A program made the translations under genes and the position numbers. A stretch of DNA of 64,000 bases from Marsupella aquatica (lineage: Eukaryota; Plantae; Marchantiophyta), in contig OZ316895.1 in the NCBI GenBank assembly GCA_973895155.1, forward strand, positions 20,350,803 through 20,414,802. Direction: 5' to 3'. The notes below the pieces were generated by a model. It made no database searches, was not told the DNA's origin, and saw nothing but the letters and a program-made list of their open reading frames with translations. Below are positions 23,642 through 35,415 of the stretch, piece by piece (position 1 is the first letter of the stretch; each line of letters opens with the position of its first letter).

Positions 23642-24860
23642 AGTGCGTCCCATGGCTCTCTAAACCCAAGAACCCGCCCTGAACAAGCCAATTCCCACTG
23701 GTTTTGCTCTTACCAAGGCCGGTTTCGTGGCTTATCGAGATGGGATATTGCTAACTCTTTATTAACTTTTTAATCACATATACTGGACAGATCCTTCATT
23801 AGGTCATGAGATATGCACTCAGCCTACTCTAGGCCTCTCCTTACTCTCTTCTATCGGTCCCCTTCAGGTATGTTTGGATTTTGCCCCCAGAATGATGCCC
23901 AATCGGCTTGGATAGCCACTAAGATCCCTCTCAGCCCCGCTCTCAACTCAACACATCCAACTGTCCCTGATCCTGATGACTTCACTTACTTCCTTTCTCT
24001 CTTGTAGTTGATGTGGGCAATCTTCACACAAGTTGATGCGACACACAACTAAAAAGATGACTCATACTGACTAAGTCATATCGTGCCACTTCCATACAAT
24101 GAGTACTTCTCATACACAAGGTCTGCAAACTAAGCCAAAAGGCCAACTCTATTAAGCTCTTAGGCATGAGGAAACATGAATATACACAAGGATCATTGCA
24201 TAACTAACCAAGAGTATCTCTTTACTAATTGATCCCAGCCTTGCTAGTGCACTAAAAACTTGCTTAAGAAGAACTAAGGCCCTGAGGTGACCGCTACACA
24301 TGTATTTAACCTGGCAGTGTATCTACCTATTTCCTTGATGCATAAACCAAATCTACCTCTAAGTGGAATCTACCTATGTACAGCGGGGCAAGAGCACAAG
24401 TGTTGCTCTTACCAGTGGATCCGCAATCCCACTAATCTAAGTGTCAGGGCCGCTTCTTGGCCTTGATCCTAATCCTAATTTTGGAGGTCCGTGCCTGCTC
24501 TACCCACTCATGCCTCCTACCTCCACGTCCGCCCTCCCTAAAAGGGATGGCGCCCTGGCCTCCACCGTCATGACGGTGGTGGCTGGTCCTCCATGGATGC
24601 CCCCAATCTTTCCTCAGCAGCCAATGTAGGCGCCCCATCCTCTGACAGGTTACCCGCTCCCAACTGGGTTAACTCATCCTTGGCGTGATTGGGCCCCACC
24701 CCTACCTCGGCTTCTGCTTCTCCGGCTTCTGCTTCCCTGGCTTGTAACAGTGGTGGGTCCGCCCCTCTAGCTTCGACACTGTCAGTCTTGGCATCGGCCA
24801 TCTTGTCATAGTGGTCCTCCTTATAGGCTTGTCCTATGAGTCGGGTTGTCTTGTCCTCCC
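23642..24860 (-). repeat. Inverted, diverged partial copy of ~17700-18900 of the GC-rich retroelement-like repeat
   Basis: 24421-24455 (ccgcaatcccactaatctaagtgtcagggccgc) is the reverse complement of ~18120-18152. Shared peptides: GNLSE..PT..AAEE.LGAS.EDQPP and EW..[QR]A...K.R.RI..K.RP. Confidence 0.9.
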
Positions 24861-25749
24861 AAGGTTGCGGTTGATATCGATCAATGATTGGCAACCTTGT
24901 AGGCTTATACGAAGATGAGAACGGACCGCATTCCTCCCCCCAAAAGGAGAGTTGTGGGAGTCATGCCCACTGAATCTCTCAACCCCATAGTAGGCCAACC
25001 CTAGACCTTGCAAAGATGTAGCATTGTTGTTCCTATAGAATCTAGTTGTAGTCTCTCTATCTCGGCTACCTGTTCTGTCAAATTCCATAATGCACTCCCT
25101 TGAATGAATGTTATCAATGAGAAAGGGTTAAGGCAGCTAAATATTGACACAACTCGGATGATTTGTGTTAATCCACCTTAGGTTCTCTGCTCCTAGAAGC
25201 CGTTGCGACATAATTCAAAATGTAGGTTCTCGTATGTAGCAGCAAATTCACTTACCACTTGGCCACCGCATCCACTACTTTGCCTTGCTGAGCTGTTCAC
25301 TTGCCTGCGCGAGTATCAACCTATCAAAATTGTGCAGCCAAAGGGAATCTCCCCAATGAATGAACTTTACAATCCGCTCTATCTTAATTTGTAATCCGGT
25401 AGCTCTGCTCCTCCTTCAAGTGCAATGCCTTGTTTCAGGAGAGCTCATGGCCAAATGTTGAATGACCAGCGACGAGCAAAGATTCAATCTACATTCTTTG
25501 CAGCTCTAGGCCTATCTGCGCAGGCAAATCCTCTCTGGTGCTCTCTTTTTGCTTTTAACACCACCACCCTCTAGGTGCTAATCTCTCCGTCTACCTCTCA
25601 ATAGAGTCGACCCGATTCAGCGACACAATTCCCACACCTTTTGGGCAATGGAAAGCACCAGTTTCACTTAAAGTCCTTAGTCAATATACCTCATATACCT
25701 CATCACACCCTTTTGTTTTCAAATTTGAGTAGTTCTCTCAACAAGTGAG

Positions 25750-26060
25750 CTTGGGGGTCTCGCTATATGAAGGCCTCTCCATCACCTATGACGGTTTAAG
25801 GCCTTGGACGCCCTAAAATGTAAGAATTCTTTAATGTTTTCAACCCCTATAAAGTTAGAATATTTTTGGAATATTCAATTCTTGGAATATTCCAAAATTT
25901 TGGTTAGAAGTCCCCTGATGTTCTAATAAGTCTCAAAATTGGATTTGAAAGACCCTATTGTTCTTTTGAGAAATTTTTAAGTCTTCCCTTTCAACCAAAA
26001 AGATAACCCTAGCCTTTGTCGCACATGATGTGCAATTTTTGTGGAAGTGAAACCCCCGAG
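25750..26060. mobile_element. Second copy of the hAT-type MITE
   Basis: CTTGGGGGTCTCGCT ... AGTGAAACCCCCGAG, with an interior homologous to 16627-16923. Degenerate TSD CAAGTGAG / CAATTAAG (6/8). Confidence 0.88.
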
Positions 26061-26289
26061 CAATTAAGCATTGTGTTGTTGGTAATGATGTTGTTATTAG
26101 AATTCTTTGTTTCTTCATGGTAGGTTGAAGTTTTTCTAGGTGAATTCCCATGGCAGGGCTGAATACTGTTGGGGATCTCAAGATCTCTATGCACACTATC
26201 GTGGAACCCAACAGACCTCCTCCCCGCAAGTTCCAACCTGCATCGGGACCAGATTCAATCCACTCCATACTGAGAACAACTGCTTCTTT

Positions 26290-27590
26290 GATGGCCTCAA
26301 TTGCCACTGTTGTCCAATTGATGATGCTTGTGTTTGACACTCGATTTGACAATTCCTCATTTCTTTTACTTGACTCCATGGACAATACTGAACTTACCCA
26401 ATCAACGTTCTGCATAGCCATATTGTTTTCTCACATAGAGCCCTCCTTTCTGCAAGTACTAGGGTTAGTTCACATTTGGCCAAGACAGGTTATAGATCAG
26501 TGGTACATTAAACCCCACACATGATAGAGATTAATAATTTGGATTGATGAGACACATTGGGAGGACCCACACCTTTTTCAAGAGTTTTTCCAAATTTCTC
26601 CCCACTATTTTTCTACATATGTGAGCTTTTGCATGACAACATGGTCACTGACCCTCCTATGTCATTACAAATTCTGCCTAATCGATAGCTCTTGGTAATG
26701 AGACAAGTTGGTGTTGCATTGAGATGCCTGGCTATAGGAGATACATTTCTCACATTGGGTAAATTGTTTGCCTGGGGTTTTGAAGAGTTTTGTAGTAAAG
26801 GTGACTTGGAAGTTCATATGCTGCTCATGTGATTTGATGGTCAGGTGAGGCTGGCCTTATCCAAGTTAAACAAGGATTTCAAGATTGATGGGGTTTAAGC
26901 TCTCAGTCGATCCAAGCTCCTAATTGTTGTGGAGCTATTGACGACACTCGCTTGCCAATTGAGCTGCCATTTGGTGAGGACTCTATTCAGTACTATGAAT
27001 GGAAACACAAGCTCTCAGACTCCATGCAAGCCATTTGTGACCAGAAATTGAGATTTTTGGATGTGTGTTGTGGGCTGTTGGGAAGCATTCAGGATACAAG
27101 ATTTAATGAGGATGTCTGGTTTTACTACCAAGTCACACAACACCATAGTTAATTGAGTGGGCCTCTATTCCGTTGCAACAATAGCAGAATGCTACAATAG
27201 AACATCATTGGGGATGCAACGTACCCTGTACTCCTTTGGCTCATTGTTCTTTTTCCAAGAGATGTTTCAAAGAAGACTTATGCTTTTAATTACAAGCTCT
27301 CTAGCACTAGAATGTGTGTAGAAAGAGCTTTTGGTAGATTGAAGGGACATGGAGCTGAGCAAGGTGTTGTGGAAGCCTTGTATCAAAAGACTTGGACCAA
27401 TGATTTTTTCTTGTTGTGTTGTACACAATCTTATCATAGACAAGAATGATAGGCTGCCAAACATTGTTTGGCAAAACCCCCCCACCTCACCCACCAGGCT
27501 ATGCAAGGGTTTTCTGTCAGTCCCAACCGAAGAATGTACAGAGTGGGACCTGACGCACGAATGACATTAATGGACCACATAGGATAGTCA
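26290..27590 (+). pseudogene. PIF/Harbinger DDE transposase (HARBI1/ALP1-like, DDE_Tnp_4), disrupted
   Basis: Motifs CCGAIDDT, MQAICDQKLRFLDVCCG..GS..D, IIGDATYP..WLI, FNYKLSSTRMCVERAFGRLK and CCVVHNLII are present, with multiple stops and frameshifts. Confidence 0.9.
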
Positions 27591-30500
27591 AGAATTGAAG
27601 TGGCTAGTGATGTAAAATTTGCTGAAGGTGTAATGCAATCTCTTATTGAGAGAAGATTTTAAAATAAATTGCATTGCTTCTGTTTTTCATTTTTTTTTGT
27701 CAAACTGTACATATATGTCATAGCATACAACACTGTCCACAGCCAGATCACAAAGTGGAGAGTGAATGGCTTATTGTCTATCAATTAACCAGGTCCACAA
27801 TCTTGTGTATGCGGAGCTGTCATTGGTGTTAGCAGGCCCACAAGCTGCTCAATCAGCCACCAGCACTACATGATTCATCATTTGATTGAGAAAAACTTGT
27901 ATATATTCATTCTTTGATTTACAGATGTTGCTTGGAGTGCAAAAGCGCACATTGTTGAGATCAAAATCTTTTGTTGTCCATCGGCTTCTGAACTATATGC
28001 TAGTCAGTATTTAGTACTGAGTTTCTAGTCTTAAAATTTGTCACCACTGAAGTACTCTCACTGCTGAACCATAGATCTACTAAAGAAATAAACTTTGAAG
28101 TGTCTCTTTATTGTCTCAATCCATCTGTAAGATACCGAACAAAGTTGATAATGAATCCAAGAGCATAATTCGCAACATCTATCCCTGTTTGACGGGAAGA
28201 TTGGTAGCTTTAACTTGAGCAAACAAGATATCAGCATATCTCTTATTGTTAAACATGAGGAGCTCATTGTGCTCCTCCCTTCTTGCCGTACATTCCTCGT
28301 GAAAGCTTTCCATCACACAATTCCTCATGAAGCCCTTTATCAGGATCTCAAAGGGTTAAAAAGTGTCTTATACAAGACCGGGAGACTCAGAGGTCAATCA
28401 TGGGAAAATCCTGGAATAGATAAGTTTTAACCTCCAGTCACTTTGCCTGCCCTATCTTGCTCACAACCCCGTCCTTCCTTGATAACATGTGTTTGAGTAT
28501 GACAGCATTAAAAGAGGGTACGTATTGCAATCATAGTAAAGTAAGTAAGAGAAGTGTGTGGTAAAATGAGCTGCATGCACGACCCAATAGCTACTTCTTA
28601 CCCATTATTTAGTCAATGTTACTACATAATCTATATGCAATCTTTTTATGTTTAATAGTACATGTTCATATGGTAGAAATTTATTGTTAATTTTTAATGT
28701 CTACTGGATATCTAAGTGACATCCATTCAAGTACATGAACATTACAATTAAGCCATGATATATTTTGATGTAAAAGTTATGACACATATGTGTCAATGGG
28801 ATATGCAATCTAATTTACATCAGAATTACATACAACCAATATCAGTTTGCATATCAAGCAGTTTGATACAAAATGATTGTCCAATACACTCATAGAATTG
28901 ACTAAGAAACCATGTACTAACCCAGCTTATGTCAAATTACATATACAGCTCAGTTTCTATCTTGATGTGGACAACAGAGACGACTCTGGCAAAATTTGAA
29001 ATTAATTAAATAAAGATACAGAAGTTGTCTAAACAATTACACAAGTTTGTCAAAAACCAACACTTACAGTTGGCCGGGGTGCTTGGACTTTAGACTTTGA
29101 GTAACATATATGGCTAGATTGATGGGTCATTGCATAATGTACTCCCCAGAGCAAGATGTGTATAGTAGAAAATAAATGCCTCAAACATGTAAAGTGAAAA
29201 CTCACTAAAGTGTTTATGTATGAAATGTGACCCCCTTGTTTGAATTCCTTCAGGGTTGTTTAAAGCGTAGTTCTTGTTGATTAATAGGCAAGAATATGCA
29301 ATATGAGAATTTTTATAATGAGTTGATCTAAATTCTGGGTGCCCCTTCTTCTCCAAGAATGTAGTGAAAATTTCAAAGTGAAAAATCACAGAGGGCATTA
29401 TCACACCAAACTGGACACAAATATGATAATCATTTCTTGGAAGGCATTTTGCATTCTTGCAAGATGTCTACCGCACTAGGAAATAGTCCACACTAGTATA
29501 CATAGCATGTTCATCCCAAAACAAGTTTCATTGTCTTGTAGGGATGTGTAATGATTATTGCATAGTTTTTGATAACACTAGGATAAAATACAAGAGTAAA
29601 ATTAACATGCCAAGAATACTACATTTCACATGTTGAAAGTAAAAGTACATGTGCACAGTTGTGCACATAAGGTACAAAACTCTCTATTGACCTATTGACA
29701 TCAAAATCAATGAAAGGTTGTGCACAAAAGAGGTCCACAAGATACTCACTTGCCTTAGTTACATAATGACAATAAAAATCATAAACTTAGGAAACAAAAG
29801 TATCATGATAATTAGAACAAGAGGTGTCCACATACTTAAGTATCATTTTTCTCTCATTCACTAGACTCACTAAGAGAGGTACTAAAATAATCTAAAATCT
29901 GAACAATACAAGTGATTATGGCACATTAAAATAAATATACACTATAAAATCCTAATAAGACAAAATGTTGAAAGGTGGATTGGCCACTCGGGACCATGGA
30001 TGTAACCCTTGCAAGCTTACTGCCCTAGAGGATTACCTCCCACAACAACATATATCTTAGCTACAATTTTTTGTCAAATTCCACCTCCCCCAAAAGTGTT
30101 CAATTGGCCACTTTTGGCAAAATCTTGCTAGATTCTTAGTGTACAATTTGCCAATTTCTCACCAACTCATGGACCCCATTCACAAGAATCTAACCTTATT
30201 AGTCAGTAAATCTAGGGGTATCTGAAGGTCAAGGAAATAATTCAGAAAACAATGATAAATAACATCCCTAGCATCTCCTCCCTTATAAAGAGGCTCACAT
30301 CGCTACCGGCTAAAACTGAAAACGTTAAAAACTAAGCTGATAACCCCCTTGGGACTATGGGTTACCATACAAGAAACCTGAATTGTACATCATTCCCCAG
30401 TTGGACACGACACAATCATCAATTCATCATGATCCTTTTCGACCAAAGGAAGAAAGGAATGTTTTCCTGATGTCACGGGATTGCAGGGATTGCAACGTTA

Positions 30501-32455
30501 ATGATCTCTCCTGTCCTCAGCACTGTAGCCGTCATTCTAAGCCAACTACAGATTCCAGCGGGAAAATCGGCGCGATTTATGCCAGCTCGCTCTTCCCGGC
30601 GCTGATTTCCCGCCCCTTCAGCCCCGAATTGGGTTCTCTGTTGGGCTGAGCTCTGTGTTGCTGCGTCAGCTGAATTGAGAACCACCTCTCAAATGGACGT
30701 TCGAGTCTTCCCCATCATTACGTCGAGTAATGAGAATGTAACGGAGAGGGTTAAAACAATTATTAGTCCACTGGACAGCCAGCCAGCTGCTCGCCTCGCG
30801 TTAGCAACTTGGCATGTTGTGGCTCATTGGTAAGCCTTTGGGTAATTAGGAGGGCCCTCGAGGATCATTATTTTGTGCCAGAGATTAGTTTGACTCCCAC
30901 CACATCAAGAAAGTGGAGTTGGGTTGAAGCCTGGAAGAAACAATCACCGATGACTCGCGGTGGGGCTTGGAGTTTCATGGGTGAAGTGATTGGCGTTTGT
31001 CAATTTGTCAAATTGGGTTGAGTTACCGTTTCATCTCTTCCTGGTCGGGAGCCGCTGTACGAGGCTACTGCTGTACTCTCGATCGGATCTTGATTTTGAT
31101 TTCAATTGCACCCTGAACGGTGTTACGGGGCCATTTTTATCGTCACAGATGATTTGGAGCCCATTTCGTCTTTCTCGGGGTTTTAGAAATGGTTACAGTT
31201 CTCACCACTGCAAAAGCGATTTGATCTGTTAGGAGGTTAAGAGAAGGCAATTCTTCTGGGCTTAAATTACCCGAGCTGGCGGAGAAAACCTAGCCTCGAC
31301 TTCGGGATCTCTTGAGGGAAGGAACGAAATTGAAGTACAGGTGAAGGGAATCCGTCTATCAACTAAACGTCTTTGCTCTCTTGGGATCTTCACATTTGGA
31401 AGCGCGCATATTTTCGTTTTCGGAGAGAAGGAGAGGGAAAGAGCTGAATAGACTTCTTGCTGGAATGGACTGGTGAATCCGCTGCGTCAGCTACTACTGT
31501 TATCAGCGAGGCGCTGAAATTTGTCTGTTCATTCTTGCTGCTGTACTACCTGCTTGGATTCGTTGACCGTCATTTTCTATTAGGCGACTGTAGATTTCTC
31601 TGACGGGTGGGGACTTAAACGGGTGGGGACTTAAAAGTTGTATAGAGGAGATTGAGGCGGTGGACAAATTCCTGTCCAGATGTAGCTCATTCCTGTGTTT
31701 CGCACTTGCTCAGCTGAATTGTGAGCATTGCAGTTGTTTCTAGTAGCTACACTGTCGGTACAGTGGCGTTATCGCCTTCCTAGGATTTACCATGGTTGGG
31801 ATGCCTTAGATCTCTCGCATCAGTTGTTTCCTAGGAGCAAGAGCAAGGGGTTATGTTATCTGCAATGTCCTCAATTACGCTGACCTGTCGATAATGCGAG
31901 AACTTTATTTTATTGTCTCCTGAAATTGCTTGCAGGGATTCAATCTGCGTGCTGAATTCTGAGATAGGAGTAACTGTTCCTCCCGGTAGCAAAGTACTTC
32001 GGAGATTCTGATTTGGTGCTCCGAAGATCTGTCCAGTTGACTAAATTTTGAGGTAGGACATGGGAGTAGAGATAAAGGAACAGCCAAGTTAACTTGATGG
32101 CATTCATTCTGCAGTACGTTTACTACGGTGTTAATGATCGATGGCCTTCGTGTCGTGAAGGCGTTGTTTGCATGTCATCCTTCTGTTTCTTAATGATCAT
32201 GAGTTGACGGTTATGTCTTGCTTGTCATGTACTTATTGTGCAATTGTGCGGCAATTTTCCCCCGCAGCTACACATTTCTAAAGCCATCATTGTGGTCGCC
32301 CCGGAGGTGGAGTTTAAAAGTGTACTCCACATTCTCGTCTACAGTGTGCAGGAGTGTGGAACCGTCCGTAGGTGGAACGAGATGCACTCAATCAACTAGG
32401 GGCGCGGTTCAAGATCCCGGAACAGGTCGGAAGATCCGATTCAAAGGCTGACAAC

Positions 32456-35415
32456 ATGGAAAAATATAATTCGTTCACTTGGGCCAAAAAGGTGGAGGTA
32501 TCCCTTGACGCTGGGGAGAAGAAGTTGACCGACTTAAAAAAGCAACTCCCCGTCGTTCAACAGAAGATAGACGAATCACAGGTCAGGTCTTGGTATCATT
32601 GATGAAGCAAATATTTTCAGTCCATTAACTCTAATCTATTCTATGTTGGTGGAATCTTAGACCGGGCCATTTTGATCCCCATAAAAAATGCTTGCAATCT
32701 CGATGAGAGTTTTGAGTTTTATGTCCTACTTTTCTTTACGAGATCTGTACTGTAAATGTTAATTTTTTTTTGGTTTTGTTGACAGCTTTACTTGGATTTG
32801 AAGCTAGCGGCAAGTGCAGAAAGGCAGACATTTCTTGCAAGGATGATGCAGAGGATGCAAGAGCTCAGGCAGTCTCAAGAAAAATTGAGGAGAGCATCTT
32901 CAGAGGTGCATGAGCAGGACTCGCGAGTCAGTTCTACTTCTTACGTATAGCACTTGTATATACATGAGCTGAAATTCCAAATCCGCATGCGAATGGCAGG
33001 TAACCAGTGAATGGGGCCAGGCTGAACAAGACACGCGGAATGTCAAGAGAAATTCTCAAAAATCCAAGGATCTATTGAAGACATTTGAAGTTGATGTCTC
33101 GGAAATGCTACTACAACTGTTGAAGGATACACAGGTTCTTCCTTTTCGCACTTTTCGTTCAATACCCATGTCTTCGTTTGAACTTGTAGAACCCTCTTGG
33201 TTTCAGGACAAGCTGCTATGTGTGATTGACAAAGGATACGTTGTCTGTGAAAGTAGCATCCTCAATATATTGCTGAATATGTTCAAGAATTGCAGCGAGC
33301 GACTTCCTCATAATACATGGGGGAAGAGGAGTGGTCTTGCTCCATTCTGCTGCTTGCTTCCTACCCCGTCCCTGCTTCCTGCGCATGCCCAGGTGTTAGT
33401 CTACTTTGCGGTCAGATCAATGGAAGTGGATACGATATAAATTTGACATATTGTAAGGTACTTGCCTACAGGCTGAATTGCATCAGCGGCTTCTAGAAAT
33501 TCAGGAGCATGAATACAAGAAGAGGATTGCCGAGGAAGATTACAAGAGGTACCGCAACACACCTTATTCTGCCCATATTAGTGGAAGTTATACTCGACAT
33601 AAACACTCTCTGAAGTGCAGCACATTTTACATCCTTACTCCCCTGGGTTCTATATGTTCGCCTCGAAATGTTGACGGCTCTGCTTTCTGTGTGGCCTTAC
33701 GGAGTGTCCATTTGTTTACGAGAATTTTGTAAGATTGAGTTGCCAGACATGAAGGTTAGAGGAATTGTTATGAATGGCGATTACTACCGAGGATTTTTTG
33801 TCTGATGAAATGTTGCCCTCATCTCTTAGTTATTGCCCGTGAGTTCTAGTCAGCAATGTCTGAACTTGCAATGCCATCTTGATTTCTCTCGGTACAGGCT
33901 TAAGGAGGAAGAACTTCTACTCAATTCAGGACTGGAGGGCCTTACTAAACAGAAACTGCCTATAAAAAATGAAGTACGTCCTATTGTTTACCTGTTATTT
34001 CATCCTGTATCCCACGCACAATGGAACGGATCATACGAGATCTCGTCGTGATATTCCTCAAGTTAGATGAGATATTATGGATTTGTGTCGGCAGCGTGTC
34101 CGAGTTTTAGTTTGAACTGAGAACTTTTGATCTTTCAGATCAAAGACTATGGAATACAATTGCGACAGGTGACGACTTACATGTATGGGATTCAACCTCA
34201 GCAGACATCTATGGTAGACTCCGACCTCTTATCAGGACGATTAATCATCTGAGAAATTTTTAGCCCCCTTCCATGGTCGATTGCTGTGATTGGAAGTTTT
34301 TCTTCAGTTCTATCTTCTAAGATTTGCAGTGTATCTTATCTATCTACCGGATTCTCTGAGAGTCTATACATATGAAGTAGGGACCAACCTGATATGTAGT
34401 TCCTCTTTATCAATTAGGTCAGTAACCTGGAATGGATTAGGAAGGAAGGTAGAAAGACGAATTACAATCACAGTTTGCCATTAAAACATTATCTAATCTA
34501 ATGTGTATACTAGATAATATTTCCAACCATGATCTCCTCTGGACTTTCAAAGGGATATATTTGTATCGCCTTCGACAGAGGATGCGGTTCTGCTAAATGA
34601 CAGATGCCGAGAATTAATTGGTTTGAGAACGAGACCGATATTTTATGAAGTGAAGGCGTTGAAGATATTGCAGCACAAGGATTCGTCATTTTACCACTGC
34701 TTGCATCGTGGACATTGGTATAGCGTATCATTCCTTTCAAGTCTTAGGTTCAAATTGGCCTGACAACTCTGCTGACTCAATTCATAAATCACAGCAGATT
34801 CCTTCGATGGAGGAGAGGAGTAAAACAATCGAGAGGGGCGATGTTACGATGAAAGAAGTCGCACAGGGGAGGCTTGCTACGGCAAATGTTCCTCGACTTG
34901 CCTGTGATCGTGTTCAAACCCCGTCACCCGGTCCATTCAACTCGAGCGTACTGAAGTGGTTCTCTGAAGAGGCTTATATTCCAATATCTCGAGTCAAAGA
35001 CTTCATCGAGGGGGAGGAGAGGCGGGAGGATTTTGAATGCAAATTCACCATTCGAAAGACCGAAGATCGTTTCCTCAGCAATGGCAAGAAGCTGATTAGA
35101 TATTGGTGTTCATTTGGCCCGGTGGATCTTCGCAAAGAGGTACTGCAATCCGTGCCAGGGGGCAATAGTCCTGAGGTGGGTGAAGGAAGTCGACCTTCAA
35201 GCCAGAGAAAAAAACTGGGTGTTTCCTCTGCACGTGGGTGTCGGTGCCATTTTGCAGTGATCTATTTCAAAGACCGACCTGAAGCTTGTCTCATCCGCTG
35301 GTTGAATCGTGAACATCGTGATAAGGATGGAAGTGTTTGCCATGGACGTCTGGATCCGTCAGCATCAAGTGCAGATGATCGGTCACGTGGCTGCACAAAT
35401 TCTGATGGAGTTTAG
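32456..35415 (+). CDS. Multi-exon gene (~394 aa): N-terminal coiled coil plus C-terminal WRKY/GCM1-like Zn domain of MULE/SWIM-type proteins
   Basis: Phase-compatible GT-AG exons: 32456-32581, 32786-32905, 33000-33134, 33472-33548, 33898-33973, 34139-34168 and 34795/34798-35415 (NAGNAG acceptor). The last exon has IP.SRVKDFI.GE..YWCSFGP.D..RGCRCHF..H.DKDG..CHG, which I recall from the N-terminus of plant SWIM zinc-finger proteins. Confidence 0.7.
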
